Origin: Candidatus Nanosynbacter lyticus
GTDB taxonomy: Bacteria > Patescibacteriota > Saccharimonadia > Saccharimonadales > Saccharimonadaceae
DNA length: 32,000 bases
Direction of reading: 5' to 3'
Assembly (NCBI RefSeq): GCF_030253515.1
Contig: NZ_CP124549.1
Location: 750,001-782,000, forward strand
The notes beneath the pieces are model-generated. The model was not told the DNA's origin, did not search any database, and saw only the letters and a list, made by a program, of their open reading frames with translations. Every line of letters starts with the position of its first letter. The stretch's first letter is position 1. The position numbers and the translations under genes are program-made. Shown piece after piece: positions 1 through 10,124 of the stretch.

Positions 1-43
1 TATTTACCAAAGATTTTGCTATAGTCAGTTTTTGGATAATTTG

Positions 44-607
44 CTACATATAGTCACGCTGTAGGGTGGTTATTGCATGAACGGCCGCCCCCTTAAGTGC
101 GGGTGAATTTTCACTCGCAGACACCACCTCTCGGTAACTGCCCAGACATTTTTCTAATAGCTTCCACCTATCGGCCGGAGACTGGTTGAGCTGATTCGCC
201 AAAACTGATATGGCATCAATAAGTAACGACCGGAGGTCACCTTGAACTGATCTATTGATATATCCTTGCGCACGAAGAATATCCTCACCGTGATCAACTT
301 GCCCAACATAATCACGAAAACTCCTCGCATATTCAAAGTCAATATAGCGAGTCGCAGAATTATCACCGTCAGAACCCGACAGCCGGACAAGATTACGCAT
401 AAAAGCATCCTTGTGAGCAATATGTATTTTATGCAACGCAGATAATGCCAAAAGAGCATCCATTAAATGCTGTTTGATATTCTCTGAGCTCATTTCACGC
501 CATGCAAGACCCTCAAAGTTGACCGCTTTTTCATCGAATCGAGTCATGATCCATGCCGAACGGTCCTTGGAACCACTGGGCTTCCCTGTTATCTTCCTTG
601 GAGCCAC
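44..607 (-). CDS. kinase-like fold protein (catalytic loop / C-lobe part)
   Basis: 187-aa ORF. IAHKDAFMRN fits the HxDxxxxN catalytic-loop pattern. YIDFEYA, about 20 aa later, fits a DFG/DxE-type metal-binding motif, as in small ePK-like, APH or Kdo-kinase families. No N-lobe is present in this frame. Confidence 0.45.
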   Translation of the reverse strand: MAPRKITGKPSGSKDRSAWIMTRFDEKAVNFEGLAWREMSSENIKQHLMDALLALSALHKIHIAHKDAFMRNLVRLSGSDGDNSATRYIDFEYARSFRDYVGQVDHGEDILRAQGYINRSVQGDLRSLLIDAISVLANQLNQSPADRWKLLEKCLGSYREVVSASENSPALKGAAVHAITTLQRDYM

Positions 608-857
608 TAACTGTTTTCACATCTACAGTAAATGCTCCGTTGCGAGACGAGCCTTCACGTGATAAATCTCTGTGTGGCTCAGCTGTAGTGACAGGGGGAA
701 AGTTCGGTGTAACATACAACAATGGTTTATTGTCTAAATCAAGCTCTGGATAAAACTCCCTGGACATATGATCAACTTGCTCTGACATGTCAGGCAAAAA
801 CGGCCTTCTAGTTGTCTCAACCAAAAGGCGACATGCTGCTCCACGCTCGGTATCCAT
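531..857 (-). CDS. hypothetical protein, possibly the N-terminal part of the kinase-like gene (frameshift)
   Basis: 108-aa ORF overlapping 44..607 by 77 nt in another frame. It contains FTVDVK, which is VAVK-like. Its ATG is preceded by a -10-like box. Confidence 0.3.
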   Translation of the reverse strand: MDTERGAACRLLVETTRRPFLPDMSEQVDHMSREFYPELDLDNKPLLYVTPNFPPVTTAEPHRDLSREGSSRNGAFTVDVKTVSGSKEDNREAQWFQGPFGMDHDSIR

Positions 858-863
858 ATTTGT

Positions 864-869
864 GTTATA
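864..869 (-). promoter_or_regulatory. -10-like box (TGtTATAAC), 6 nt upstream of ATG 857
   Basis: The minus strand reads aTGtTATAACacaaatATG. There is no SD between box and ATG, giving leaderless-type geometry. Confidence 0.35.
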
Positions 870-905
870 ACATAAAATTATTATTTTGAAAATAGCTATA
901 TCGTA

Positions 906-1517
906 CTACCGCATGGCCCGAATCATTTTCCTCAGCTGCTCGACCGCTCGGGTGCGGCGCTCACGTGTCCAGTACGTATCAGCTGTGGCCTTTTCGCCAT
1001 CAGCAGTAGTTTCCTGAAGGAAATGACCAACAATATGGCCGTCCTTTAGCGCCGTCACATCAGGAACATACACTCGCGGTTGGCCGTTCTCATCAGTACG
1101 GAGATGCGGCTTCAATGTTTCAACCAATTTTTTGTAGGTAGCGTCATTGGTTTCGCGGGCATGGCGAATATCGAGATAGTAAATCTTGTCCAACCCTTCG
1201 GCCTTGGCGGCGTCGTCAACAATTGGCGCCAACTGCTGACACCACGGGCACTGCTGAAAGCCAAGGAAAATCAAGCCACTACCTGATTCAAACTTCTCCA
1301 AAACCTCACCAGCCGAAGCAAAGACGAAGCGATTGTCATCGGCCACGCGGGAATACGCAGCCTTAAAGCGAGCAGCGTCTGATGGCTGCGGTGACACTGG
1401 TACGTGCGAGCGTGACCAGATATACCAGCCGCATATAACGATGGCAATGATACCAACAAAACCGATGGTCAAAAACAGCCATTTGTTCTGGCGTTTGGCT
1501 AGCTTGGCATGTTTCAT
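906..1517 (-). CDS. membrane-anchored thioredoxin-fold protein (CPWC active site)
   Basis: N-terminal TM segment (WLFLTIGFVGIIAIVICGWYIW) followed by FLGFQQCPWCQQLAP, a CxxC motif. I chose the start at MKHAK (1517) because a perfect AAGGAGG sits 5 nt upstream; the ORF track starts at 1550. Confidence 0.8.
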   Translation of the reverse strand: MKHAKLAKRQNKWLFLTIGFVGIIAIVICGWYIWSRSHVPVSPQPSDAARFKAAYSRVADDNRFVFASAGEVLEKFESGSGLIFLGFQQCPWCQQLAPIVDDAAKAEGLDKIYYLDIRHARETNDATYKKLVETLKPHLRTDENGQPRVYVPDVTALKDGHIVGHFLQETTADGEKATADTYWTRERRTRAVEQLRKMIRAMR

Positions 1518-1530
1518 CTGGGCCTCCTTG

Positions 1531-2310
1531 TTATTTATCCTTGACGCCAAAAAACTTCCGTGCCCGCTCAGTCACCGGATGATCCATCACCTGCTCCGGC
1601 GGACCATTTTCGATAATCTCGCCCTTGTCCAGGAAAATCATCCGGGTGGCTACTTCGCGCGCAAACTTCATTTCATGCGTGACGATGACCATGGTCATAC
1701 CTTTGGCGGCAACCTCACGGATCACGTCCAACACTTCGCCAATCATCTCTGGATCAAGCGCTGAGGTTGGCTCGTCAAACAACATGATGTCCGGCTCCAT
1801 AGCGAGGGCTCTCGCGATAGCCACGCGCTGCTTTTGCCCGCCTGAGAGCTGCGAAGGAAAGGCGTTGGCTTTGTCCGCCAGCCCCACGTCCGCCAGCAAT
1901 TTCTTTGCCAGGCGCGTCGCCGCCCGATCAGACAGTTTGCGCAGTTTCCGCGGCGCTAGTTTGATGTTATCCAGCACACTCAAGTTTGGGAACAGATTGA
2001 ACGATTGAAACACCATGCCAACTTTTTGGCGCAAAGCGTTCAGATCGACTTTTGGCGCTGTCGTTTCCACGCCGTCGATGACAATGCGCCCGCCGGTCGG
2101 CGTCTCCAGTAAATTCAAGCAGCGCAAAAACGTTGATTTACCAGAGCCACTTGAGCCAACGACCACCACCACTTCGCCTTCATAAATTTCAACATCAATA
2201 TCCCTGAGCACGCGGTTACTACCAAACTGTTTTTTGAGGTTAGCCACCGTGATAATTGCTGGGTGCTCAATGCTCGGTTGCGCCACTTCATTCACCTTAT
2301 TCACTGCCAT
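1531..2310 (-). CDS. amino-acid ABC transporter ATP-binding protein (GlnQ/HisP type)
   Basis: Walker [10 protein letters not shown], signature [15 protein letters not shown], Walker [14 protein letters not shown]-loop VTHEM. Confidence 0.95.
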   Translation of the reverse strand: MAVNKVNEVAQPSIEHPAIITVANLKKQFGSNRVLRDIDVEIYEGEVVVVVGSSGSGKSTFLRCLNLLETPTGGRIVIDGVETTAPKVDLNALRQKVGMVFQSFNLFPNLSVLDNIKLAPRKLRKLSDRAATRLAKKLLADVGLADKANAFPSQLSGGQKQRVAIARALAMEPDIMLFDEPTSALDPEMIGEVLDVIREVAAKGMTMVIVTHEMKFAREVATRMIFLDKGEIIENGPPEQVMDHPVTERARKFFGVKDK

Positions 2311-2959
2311 CTTTTAGTCTCCTCTCCACTCGGGTCATCACACGGGTAAATATGGCGGTCAACGCCAAGTACATCACCGCTGCAGCAAACAATGACTGAA
2401 ATGCCGTGGCCGTTTGAAACCGAATATTGTCAGCGCCACGCATGATGTCATTCAGCCCAATCCAACCGACGACTGAGGTCTCTTTCAACAGAGCGATAAA
2501 TTCGCTGATCAGCGCTGGCAATGAATTTTTAAGCGCTTGTGGCAAAATCACCAAACGCATAGCCTGCCACCGGCTAAAACCGAGCGAACGAGCCGCTTCC
2601 ATTTGCCCCTTGTCAACGCTTTCGATGCCACCACGGATAATCTCACCGATGTATGCGCCGCTGTTGATACCAAAGGCAATCGCCGCCACCACAATTTTTG
2701 GCATAAACTGGTATGAACCAAAGACGACATAATACATGATTAACAGCTGGACCAGAAGCGGTGTGCCCCGAATGATGTCGACATAAATCTTGCCAATCCA
2801 GTTGAGCGGTTTGATCGTCGAGGTACGAAGCAGCGCTACCACGAGGCCAATGATTGTACCGAGGAGCAATGATAGAACTGTTAGCACCAAGGTCACCTCT
2901 AGGCCGTGCCACAAATACAGCCACCGGCCATCGCCGAAAATCACTTCCAGGAAATTCAC
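2297..2959 (-). CDS. amino-acid ABC transporter permease (HisM/GlnP family)
   Basis: 220 aa and polytopic, with an EAA-like loop ([22 protein letters not shown]). Overlaps both neighbouring genes. Confidence 0.92.
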   Translation of the reverse strand: MNFLEVIFGDGRWLYLWHGLEVTLVLTVLSLLLGTIIGLVVALLRTSTIKPLNWIGKIYVDIIRGTPLLVQLLIMYYVVFGSYQFMPKIVVAAIAFGINSGAYIGEIIRGGIESVDKGQMEAARSLGFSRWQAMRLVILPQALKNSLPALISEFIALLKETSVVGWIGLNDIMRGADNIRFQTATAFQSLFAAAVMYLALTAIFTRVMTRVERRLKDGSE

Positions 2960-3780
2960 GATTCAAGCTCCTTTTTCTTCATCGACTCAAGTGCCCTCGG
3001 CCCAAAATGTTTGCGGACGAGATTGTCGTACCGACCGTCTTTTTTCATCTCCGCCAACACTCGGTTAACTTTTTTTAGCAAGTCATGGTTATTATTTTTG
3101 ATGGCAATTGCATAATGCTCGATTGATAATTCACCTGGCAAAATCTCCAGGTCTGGAAAACCAGTCGTGTACTGGGCAGCCGGCGCATCATCCAAAATCA
3201 CTGCCTCGACACCGCCAGCATTTAACTCCGTCAATACACTTGGTGCTGTTGGAAATTGCGACACCTTAGCGCCGACAATCTTCCTGGCCAGCGTATCACC
3301 CGTCGTACCCAACTGCACACCAATCTTCTTGCCCGTCAGCTGATACCTATTGCGAATGGGGCTACCTTTTTTGACAATGATCCGCTGCGAGGCGGAATAA
3401 TACGGCTCGGAAAACAGCGCATTTTTGGCGCGCTCCGGTGTCACCGACATACCAGCCACCGCCATATCAATTTGCCCTGATTCCAATGCTGGCAGCAATC
3501 CGTCAAACGACATGTCTTCAATCTTTAGCTTCTTGTTCATACTGCGGGCAATTTCCTTCGCCAAATCAACATCAAACCCAACAACTTCATTACCCTGCTT
3601 GTACTCAAACGGCTTGAACCCGGCATTGGTACCCATCACCAATACGTCATCACTCTTGCCAAACCCGCCTTCGCGCTGCAAAATGTCAAACGCCATAAAG
3701 CCAATCAACGCCACAAACAGTCCCAGGCCTATCCACCAACTAACACCAAACCCCCGATGATGCGCTTTCGTTCTGTTCAT
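2956..3780 (-). CDS. amino-acid ABC transporter substrate-binding protein (family 3), N-terminally membrane-anchored
   Basis: TM anchor, then [11 protein letters not shown]...[13 protein letters not shown]...[25 protein letters not shown], typical of SBP_bac_3. ATGA overlap with the permease gene. Confidence 0.92.
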   Translation of the reverse strand: MNRTKAHHRGFGVSWWIGLGLFVALIGFMAFDILQREGGFGKSDDVLVMGTNAGFKPFEYKQGNEVVGFDVDLAKEIARSMNKKLKIEDMSFDGLLPALESGQIDMAVAGMSVTPERAKNALFSEPYYSASQRIIVKKGSPIRNRYQLTGKKIGVQLGTTGDTLARKIVGAKVSQFPTAPSVLTELNAGGVEAVILDDAPAAQYTTGFPDLEILPGELSIEHYAIAIKNNNHDLLKKVNRVLAEMKKDGRYDNLVRKHFGPRALESMKKKELES

Positions 3781-3788
3781 GCTTATTT

Positions 3789-3794
3789 AGTATA
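3789..3794 (-). promoter_or_regulatory. -10-like box TATACT, 8 nt upstream of ATG 3780
   Basis: The minus strand reads TATACTaaataagcATG with no SD. A TTATCA -35-like hexamer lies 17 nt upstream. Confidence 0.4.
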
Positions 3795-3852
3795 CGCGCT
3801 TTGAAAAGAAATGATAAGCCCCCAAACAGCCCACGTACCCAGACAAACGTTG

Positions 3853-3858
3853 TATAAT
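3853..3858 (+). promoter_or_regulatory. -10 box TATAAT, 6 nt upstream of ATG 3865
   Basis: Reads tgTATAATatcattATG with no SD. Supports the internal start at 3865. Confidence 0.45.
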
Positions 3859-3864
3859 ATCATT

Positions 3865-5385
3865 ATGAGCACCTCTCCGTCTGGCCGCGGCGCCAACAAC
3901 CGCATTATCATTCGCGTGGCTATCGTCTTGCTATTACTATGTAGCGCTGTTTTCTTTGTCGCTAGCCGTTATAAAATTGTGCAATTTCGTGACGCCAAGA
4001 TTGACGAGATTTTATTTTATTTCAAGAACGGCCTGGCGGGTGGGCAGTCTAGCAGCTTTACCTCAGCCGTCTGGGAAAATATCCCCTACGTCATTGGGCT
4101 GCTCATCATTTTGCTACTGCCAATCATCCTCAAACTACGTTGGAAAAAACAACCGCTCCGCTTACGCCACCAAGCGTATTACGCAGGCGGCCTATTCATG
4201 ATCAGCCTGGCGCTGTTAATTCAAAGTTTTAGCATCCCCGCCTATATCATCGCCCTCGCTCAGTCGTCAAAGATCTATGATCAGCATTATGTCGATCCGC
4301 GCGGCGTCAAATTGATGTTTCCTAGTACCAAACGCAACTTAATTTATATCTACGTCGAGTCGCTGGAAAATACGCCCGCCGCCAAAGCCAATGGCGGCAT
4401 GAGCGACAAATCAGTCATTCCGGAGTTAGAAAAATTAGCACTGACTAATACCTCTTTTTCACACCGAGCCTCAGGCCTCGGCGGCGCCCTGCCTGCACAC
4501 GGCACCACCTGGACGGTAGCCGGCATGACCGCTCAATCCGCTGGCGTGCCACTCAAAGACGGCGGGGTGTTCGGTGACCGCGACCGCAACGGTATGGGTG
4601 ATTTTAATAAATTCTTGCCGGGCGCTTATACCCTCGGGCAGGTGCTTGAAAAGGCTGGCTACAACCAATCATTCCTCATGGGCTCAAACAAAGCCTTCGG
4701 CGGCCGCGATAAATTACTGGAGCAACACGGCGATTATCACATTATTGATCTTACCTACGCCCAAAAACATGGTTTAGTCCCACAGGATTACAAGGTATGG
4801 TGGGGCTACGAAGACAAAAAGCTCTTTCAATTTGCCCGCGACGAGGCCACTCGTCTCAGCAAGTCCGACAAGCCATTTAACCTGCAAATGCTGACCGTTG
4901 ACACGCACTTCACCGATGGCTGGATGGACAAAGATATCTGCAAACAGCAGTTTGAAGCAAAGTATGATAACGTCCACTCCTGCGCTTCCAAACAAATTGC
5001 CACCTTCGTTGACTGGGTTAAGCAACAGCCATTTTACGCCAACACTACGATCATCATTAGCGGCGATCACCTCGGTATGCAGACGCCCTATTACGAAGAA
5101 AAGATTGCGGGCGCTCCCTACCAACGAACCATTTATAATGCCTTCATCAACCCCGCCGTTCAGCCAGCTCGCGCCACCAACCGCCAATTCGCCACCTTTG
5201 ATATGTATCCATCGACCCTAGCGGCGCTGGGCGTGACAGTGGATGGCGACCGTATGGGACTAGGCACTAATTTATTCTCGAATCGTCAAACGCTGGTTGA
5301 AGAATTTGGCGGCATTGACCAGCTCAATGCAGAACTTGCCAAACGCTCGACCTACTATGAGCGACGGATCTTGAGTAGTTCATAA
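3865..5385 (+). CDS. LTA-synthase / phosphoglycerol-transferase family sulfatase-fold membrane protein
   Basis: Several N-terminal TM helices, then a sulfatase-like domain (YVESLENT, HGTTWTVAGMT, MLTVDTHF, ISGDHLGM). The start at 3865 is inferred from the -10 geometry; the ORF track starts at 3811. Confidence 0.85.
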   Translation: MSTSPSGRGANNRIIIRVAIVLLLLCSAVFFVASRYKIVQFRDAKIDEILFYFKNGLAGGQSSSFTSAVWENIPYVIGLLIILLLPIILKLRWKKQPLRLRHQAYYAGGLFMISLALLIQSFSIPAYIIALAQSSKIYDQHYVDPRGVKLMFPSTKRNLIYIYVESLENTPAAKANGGMSDKSVIPELEKLALTNTSFSHRASGLGGALPAHGTTWTVAGMTAQSAGVPLKDGGVFGDRDRNGMGDFNKFLPGAYTLGQVLEKAGYNQSFLMGSNKAFGGRDKLLEQHGDYHIIDLTYAQKHGLVPQDYKVWWGYEDKKLFQFARDEATRLSKSDKPFNLQMLTVDTHFTDGWMDKDICKQQFEAKYDNVHSCASKQIATFVDWVKQQPFYANTTIIISGDHLGMQTPYYEEKIAGAPYQRTIYNAFINPAVQPARATNRQFATFDMYPSTLAALGVTVDGDRMGLGTNLFSNRQTLVEEFGGIDQLNAELAKRSTYYERRILSSS

Positions 5386-5406
5386 TACATGTCTCGCCCA
5401 TATAAA

Positions 5407-5432
5407 AATCCGACGAGTTGCCCCGTCGGATT
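5407..5432. terminator. intrinsic terminator hairpin between convergent LtaS-family gene and galE
   Basis: A 9-bp perfect stem, AATCCGACG / CGTCGGATT, with an 8-nt loop. On the minus strand it is followed by TTTTTATAT, so it is best placed as the galE terminator. Confidence 0.7.
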
Positions 5433-5453
5433 GAGATACGTATTCAAGCACCT

Positions 5454-6467
5454 TTATGCGCCGTAGCCGTTCGGATTATCGCTCTGCCAATTCCAGGCAT
5501 CGCGGCAAGCGTCCTCAATCGTCAATTCTGCCCGCCAGCCCAGTTCTGCCTCTGCCAATCCCGGATCAGCATAGCACGCGGCGATGTCGCCAGGCCGGCG
5601 CGGCGTGATTTGATACGGAACGTCCTGGCCCGACGCTTTTTCAAACGCTTTCACCAACTCCAACACCGACGTACCGCGGCCAGTACCGATGTTATACACT
5701 TTATATTCATCCGGATCGCCCAAATGTTCCAACGCTGCCACGTGCGCCCGCGCTAGATCAACCACGTGAATATAATCGCGCACACCCGTGCCATCCGGCG
5801 TGTCATAATCATCGCCAAACACACTCAAATGGTCGCGCTTACCGACCGCCACTTGCGATACGAATGGCAGCAAATTATTCGGAATGCCCGACGGATCTTC
5901 GCCAATGCGGCCGCTCGGATGGGCGCCAACGGGATTGAAATAACGCAGTGAAGTGAATTGCCAGCCCTGCCTGGTTGCCGCCACATCGCGGAGGATGTGC
6001 TCGATCATCAGCTTGGTTTGGCCGTACGGATTAGTCGCCGACAGCGGCATATCCTCGGTAATCGGCAGCCGCGCCGGGTCGCCGTACACTGTTGCCGAGC
6101 TAGAAAAGACCAGCTTTTTCACATCAAATTCCTGCATGACATCCAGCAGCGTCAAGGTGCTCTCCAAATTGTTCTGATAATAGAGCAGCGCCTTTTCCAC
6201 CGACTCGCCGACAGCTTTCAAGCCCGCAAAATGAATCGCTGCGTCAATTGCCTCAGACTTAAATAACTCCGCCAGCCGCGTCCGATCACGTAAGTCAAAC
6301 TCATAAAACGGCACCGACTGGCCGGTAATCTCCTCAACCCGCCGCAAACTCTCGGCGGATGAATTTGATAAGTTATCAACCACCACTACGCCGTGACCCG
6401 ACGCCAGCAGTTCAATGATAGTGTGGCTGCCGATATAGCCAGCACCGCCAGTAACGAGAATGTTCAT
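5454..6467 (-). CDS. galE: UDP-glucose 4-epimerase
   Basis: MNILVTGGAGYIGSH Rossmann start, YGQTK catalytic YxxxK, 337 aa, and collinear GalE-type motifs throughout. Confidence 0.95.
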   Translation of the reverse strand: MNILVTGGAGYIGSHTIIELLASGHGVVVVDNLSNSSAESLRRVEEITGQSVPFYEFDLRDRTRLAELFKSEAIDAAIHFAGLKAVGESVEKALLYYQNNLESTLTLLDVMQEFDVKKLVFSSSATVYGDPARLPITEDMPLSATNPYGQTKLMIEHILRDVAATRQGWQFTSLRYFNPVGAHPSGRIGEDPSGIPNNLLPFVSQVAVGKRDHLSVFGDDYDTPDGTGVRDYIHVVDLARAHVAALEHLGDPDEYKVYNIGTGRGTSVLELVKAFEKASGQDVPYQITPRRPGDIAACYADPGLAEAELGWRAELTIEDACRDAWNWQSDNPNGYGA

Positions 6468-6498
6468 GAAGTACCCCTTTCGCTATGATTCTAGTATT

Positions 6499-6504
6499 AT
6501 TATA
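6499..6504 (-). promoter_or_regulatory. -10 box TATAAT for galE (SD-led transcript)
   Basis: The minus strand reads GATATAATaatactagaatcatagcGAAAGGGGtacttcATG. Unlike most operon starts here, a leader with an SD is present. Confidence 0.45.
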
Positions 6505-6508
6505 TCAG

Positions 6509-7258
6509 ATGCACACTGTAACCATCCCGCCAGACCTACTCGCAGCACTGAACCATAATCCATACATTAACGAGCTGTATGTTTTCGGTTCGCGAGCTGT
6601 ATTTGATGATGACCAATTTTCCGACATTGACCTTACAGCCATAACCGATTATCCAGTAGTTGCCGAGGCATATACGCGCAAAATCCTTAACGACCAATTT
6701 GGCATCATTGCAGCCTACACTATTTCTCAGAGTGATCACGAAGTTGCCCGTTCATTTTTCCTAAGCGGCATGAGCTTGTTTCATAAAATTGACATCGGCT
6801 TTTTATTACCTGATAAAACTAAATTATTTCCAAATTCAACATTAATTTTCCAAAACAACCACACAGACCAGCCCGCCAAAGAATCCGGCAAAATATGGAC
6901 AGAATCAGATGAGCAGCACAATTATCTGGATGTGTTAATGGGCTCGTTGCGCTATGTTAAGTATCAGTATCGCCAGGAACATTGGTCGGCATATAAATGC
7001 TACCGCGGGTTTATCGAGCAGTTAGCCCAGTCGCAAATAACAGGTCGGTTATCGACAGATAAATATAAGGAATTAGACAAGAAACATAACGATGAAATCT
7101 TAGGTCTGTTCTTTTCTGGCGATATTCACGCTAAAGAGCAAAAATATTATGAGTTTATAAAAGAATTGATTAGTGAGAAGCAGCTCTTGCCGGAATTTAG
7201 TGACGAGGTTTTGAAAGTTTGGAAAGAATATCTGGGCATATCGCGCTCATTTCACTAA
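6509..7258 (+). CDS. nucleotidyltransferase-domain protein (Pol-beta superfamily; Lnu/ANT-like architecture)
   Basis: VFGSRAVFDDDQFSDIDL is the GS-x(n)-DxD NTase motif, followed by a helical C-terminal half. The gene is clearly more AT-rich than its flanks. The start could be 6485 or 6509; a TATTAT box lies 8 nt upstream of 6509. Confidence 0.75.
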   Translation: MHTVTIPPDLLAALNHNPYINELYVFGSRAVFDDDQFSDIDLTAITDYPVVAEAYTRKILNDQFGIIAAYTISQSDHEVARSFFLSGMSLFHKIDIGFLLPDKTKLFPNSTLIFQNNHTDQPAKESGKIWTESDEQHNYLDVLMGSLRYVKYQYRQEHWSAYKCYRGFIEQLAQSQITGRLSTDKYKELDKKHNDEILGLFFSGDIHAKEQKYYEFIKELISEKQLLPEFSDEVLKVWKEYLGISRSFH

Positions 7259-7679
7259 GCTGTGCTGCTAGGTCGCTATCAGGCCAAATATACCTGAAGT
7301 TTTGCGGCGGACGAAATGCTGGCAGAACCTGACGTAACTGTGATAAAGAAATTGGCTGGTCGTAGCGCACCGACGCCAGTATCTCTAACGCGCCACACTG
7401 TTTCCGCCCCGCATAATAGCGCGAAAACCACTGCACGGCTTGCTCATCCGTATCATACCCAGTGAGCCGCATCAACTCATCCAGTGGGCAGCGCATGACA
7501 CGTCCAACCCGAAATTCGCCGATAACCGCCCGGTCACCCCCCGACGAATAAACGACTACGGTTAGCTCATCATCTTTGCTGTGGCGCGGCAAGGATTTAC
7601 GAAATTCCCATCGCTTCTCACCACGAAAAATTTTCTCGGCATAACGGGTTTGAATCGACATCAAAATATAACGACTCAT
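7197..7679 (-). CDS. ASCH-domain (PUA-like fold) protein
   Basis: ILMSIQTRYAEKIFRGEKRWEFRK...VVVYSS...AVIGEFRVG is the pattern typical of ASCH domains. I chose the start at MSRYIL (7679) from the -10 geometry; the ORF track starts at 7706. Confidence 0.7.
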   Translation of the reverse strand: MSRYILMSIQTRYAEKIFRGEKRWEFRKSLPRHSKDDELTVVVYSSGGDRAVIGEFRVGRVMRCPLDELMRLTGYDTDEQAVQWFSRYYAGRKQCGALEILASVRYDQPISLSQLRQVLPAFRPPQNFRYIWPDSDLAAQLSEMSAICPDILSKLSKPRH

Positions 7680-7685
7680 ACCGAC

Positions 7686-7691
7686 AGTATA
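7686..7691 (-). promoter_or_regulatory. -10-like box TATACT, 6 nt upstream of ATG 7679
   Basis: The minus strand reads TTTACT-17 nt-TATACTgtcggtATG with no SD. Confidence 0.4.
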
Positions 7692-7719
7692 GGACAAGTT
7701 CAGCAATCAGTAAACTAAG

Positions 7720-7746
7720 TTAGCACTCTTGCACTGAGAGTGCTAA
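7720..7746 (+). promoter_or_regulatory. CIRCE operator (HrcA-binding inverted repeat)
   Basis: TTAGCACTC-ttgcactga-GAGTGCTAA is a perfect match to the CIRCE consensus TTAGCACTC-N9-GAGTGCTAA. It overlaps the clpB promoter. Confidence 0.9.
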
Positions 7747-7757
7747 TTTGCTATGAT
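7729..7757 (+). promoter_or_regulatory. sigma-70-type promoter of clpB
   Basis: TTGCAC (7729-7734), 17-nt spacer, TATGAT (7752-7757). The -35 lies in the CIRCE spacer. Confidence 0.65.
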
Positions 7758-7844
7758 AATCATATCAATTATCCCCGCTCTGTCTCTCGCCGCGGCGCAC
7801 ATAAATACGGACTTAGAAAAGCCCAAAAAATCAAAGGAGGACCT

Positions 7845-9980
<2,136 letters not shown>

Positions 9981-10058
9981 TATAATTCCTTCATTCTTAT
10001 AAATCACGGATACCTGCTTCCGTATGGTTTAGGCCATTCAAGGTTGTGCTCATAACAT

Positions 10059-10093
10059 GAAAAGTGCCCCAGCCATCAACTGGAACACTTTTC
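10059..10093. terminator. bidirectional terminator-like hairpin between convergent clpB and the FtsX-permease gene
   Basis: 8-bp outer stem GAAAAGTG / CACTTTTC plus 4-bp inner stem CCAG / CTGG. T-rich 3' sides on both strands. Confidence 0.6.
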
Positions 10094-10124
10094 GTTAGAT
10101 CGCTCTCGGGCTGAGACAGACACG

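Noticed and set aside
1333-1764. 143-aa plus-strand ORF spanning the junction between the thioredoxin-like gene and the ABC ATPase gene
   Set aside because: It is antisense to two well-supported, coupled genes, with no motifs or start signals.
7740-7844. Upstream extension of the clpB ORF ([11 protein letters not shown]...), which gives the 746-aa ORF-track model
   Set aside because: This stretch holds the right CIRCE arm and the -10 box, and codes for nothing ClpB-like. A strong AAAGGAGGA SD precedes the ATG at 7845.
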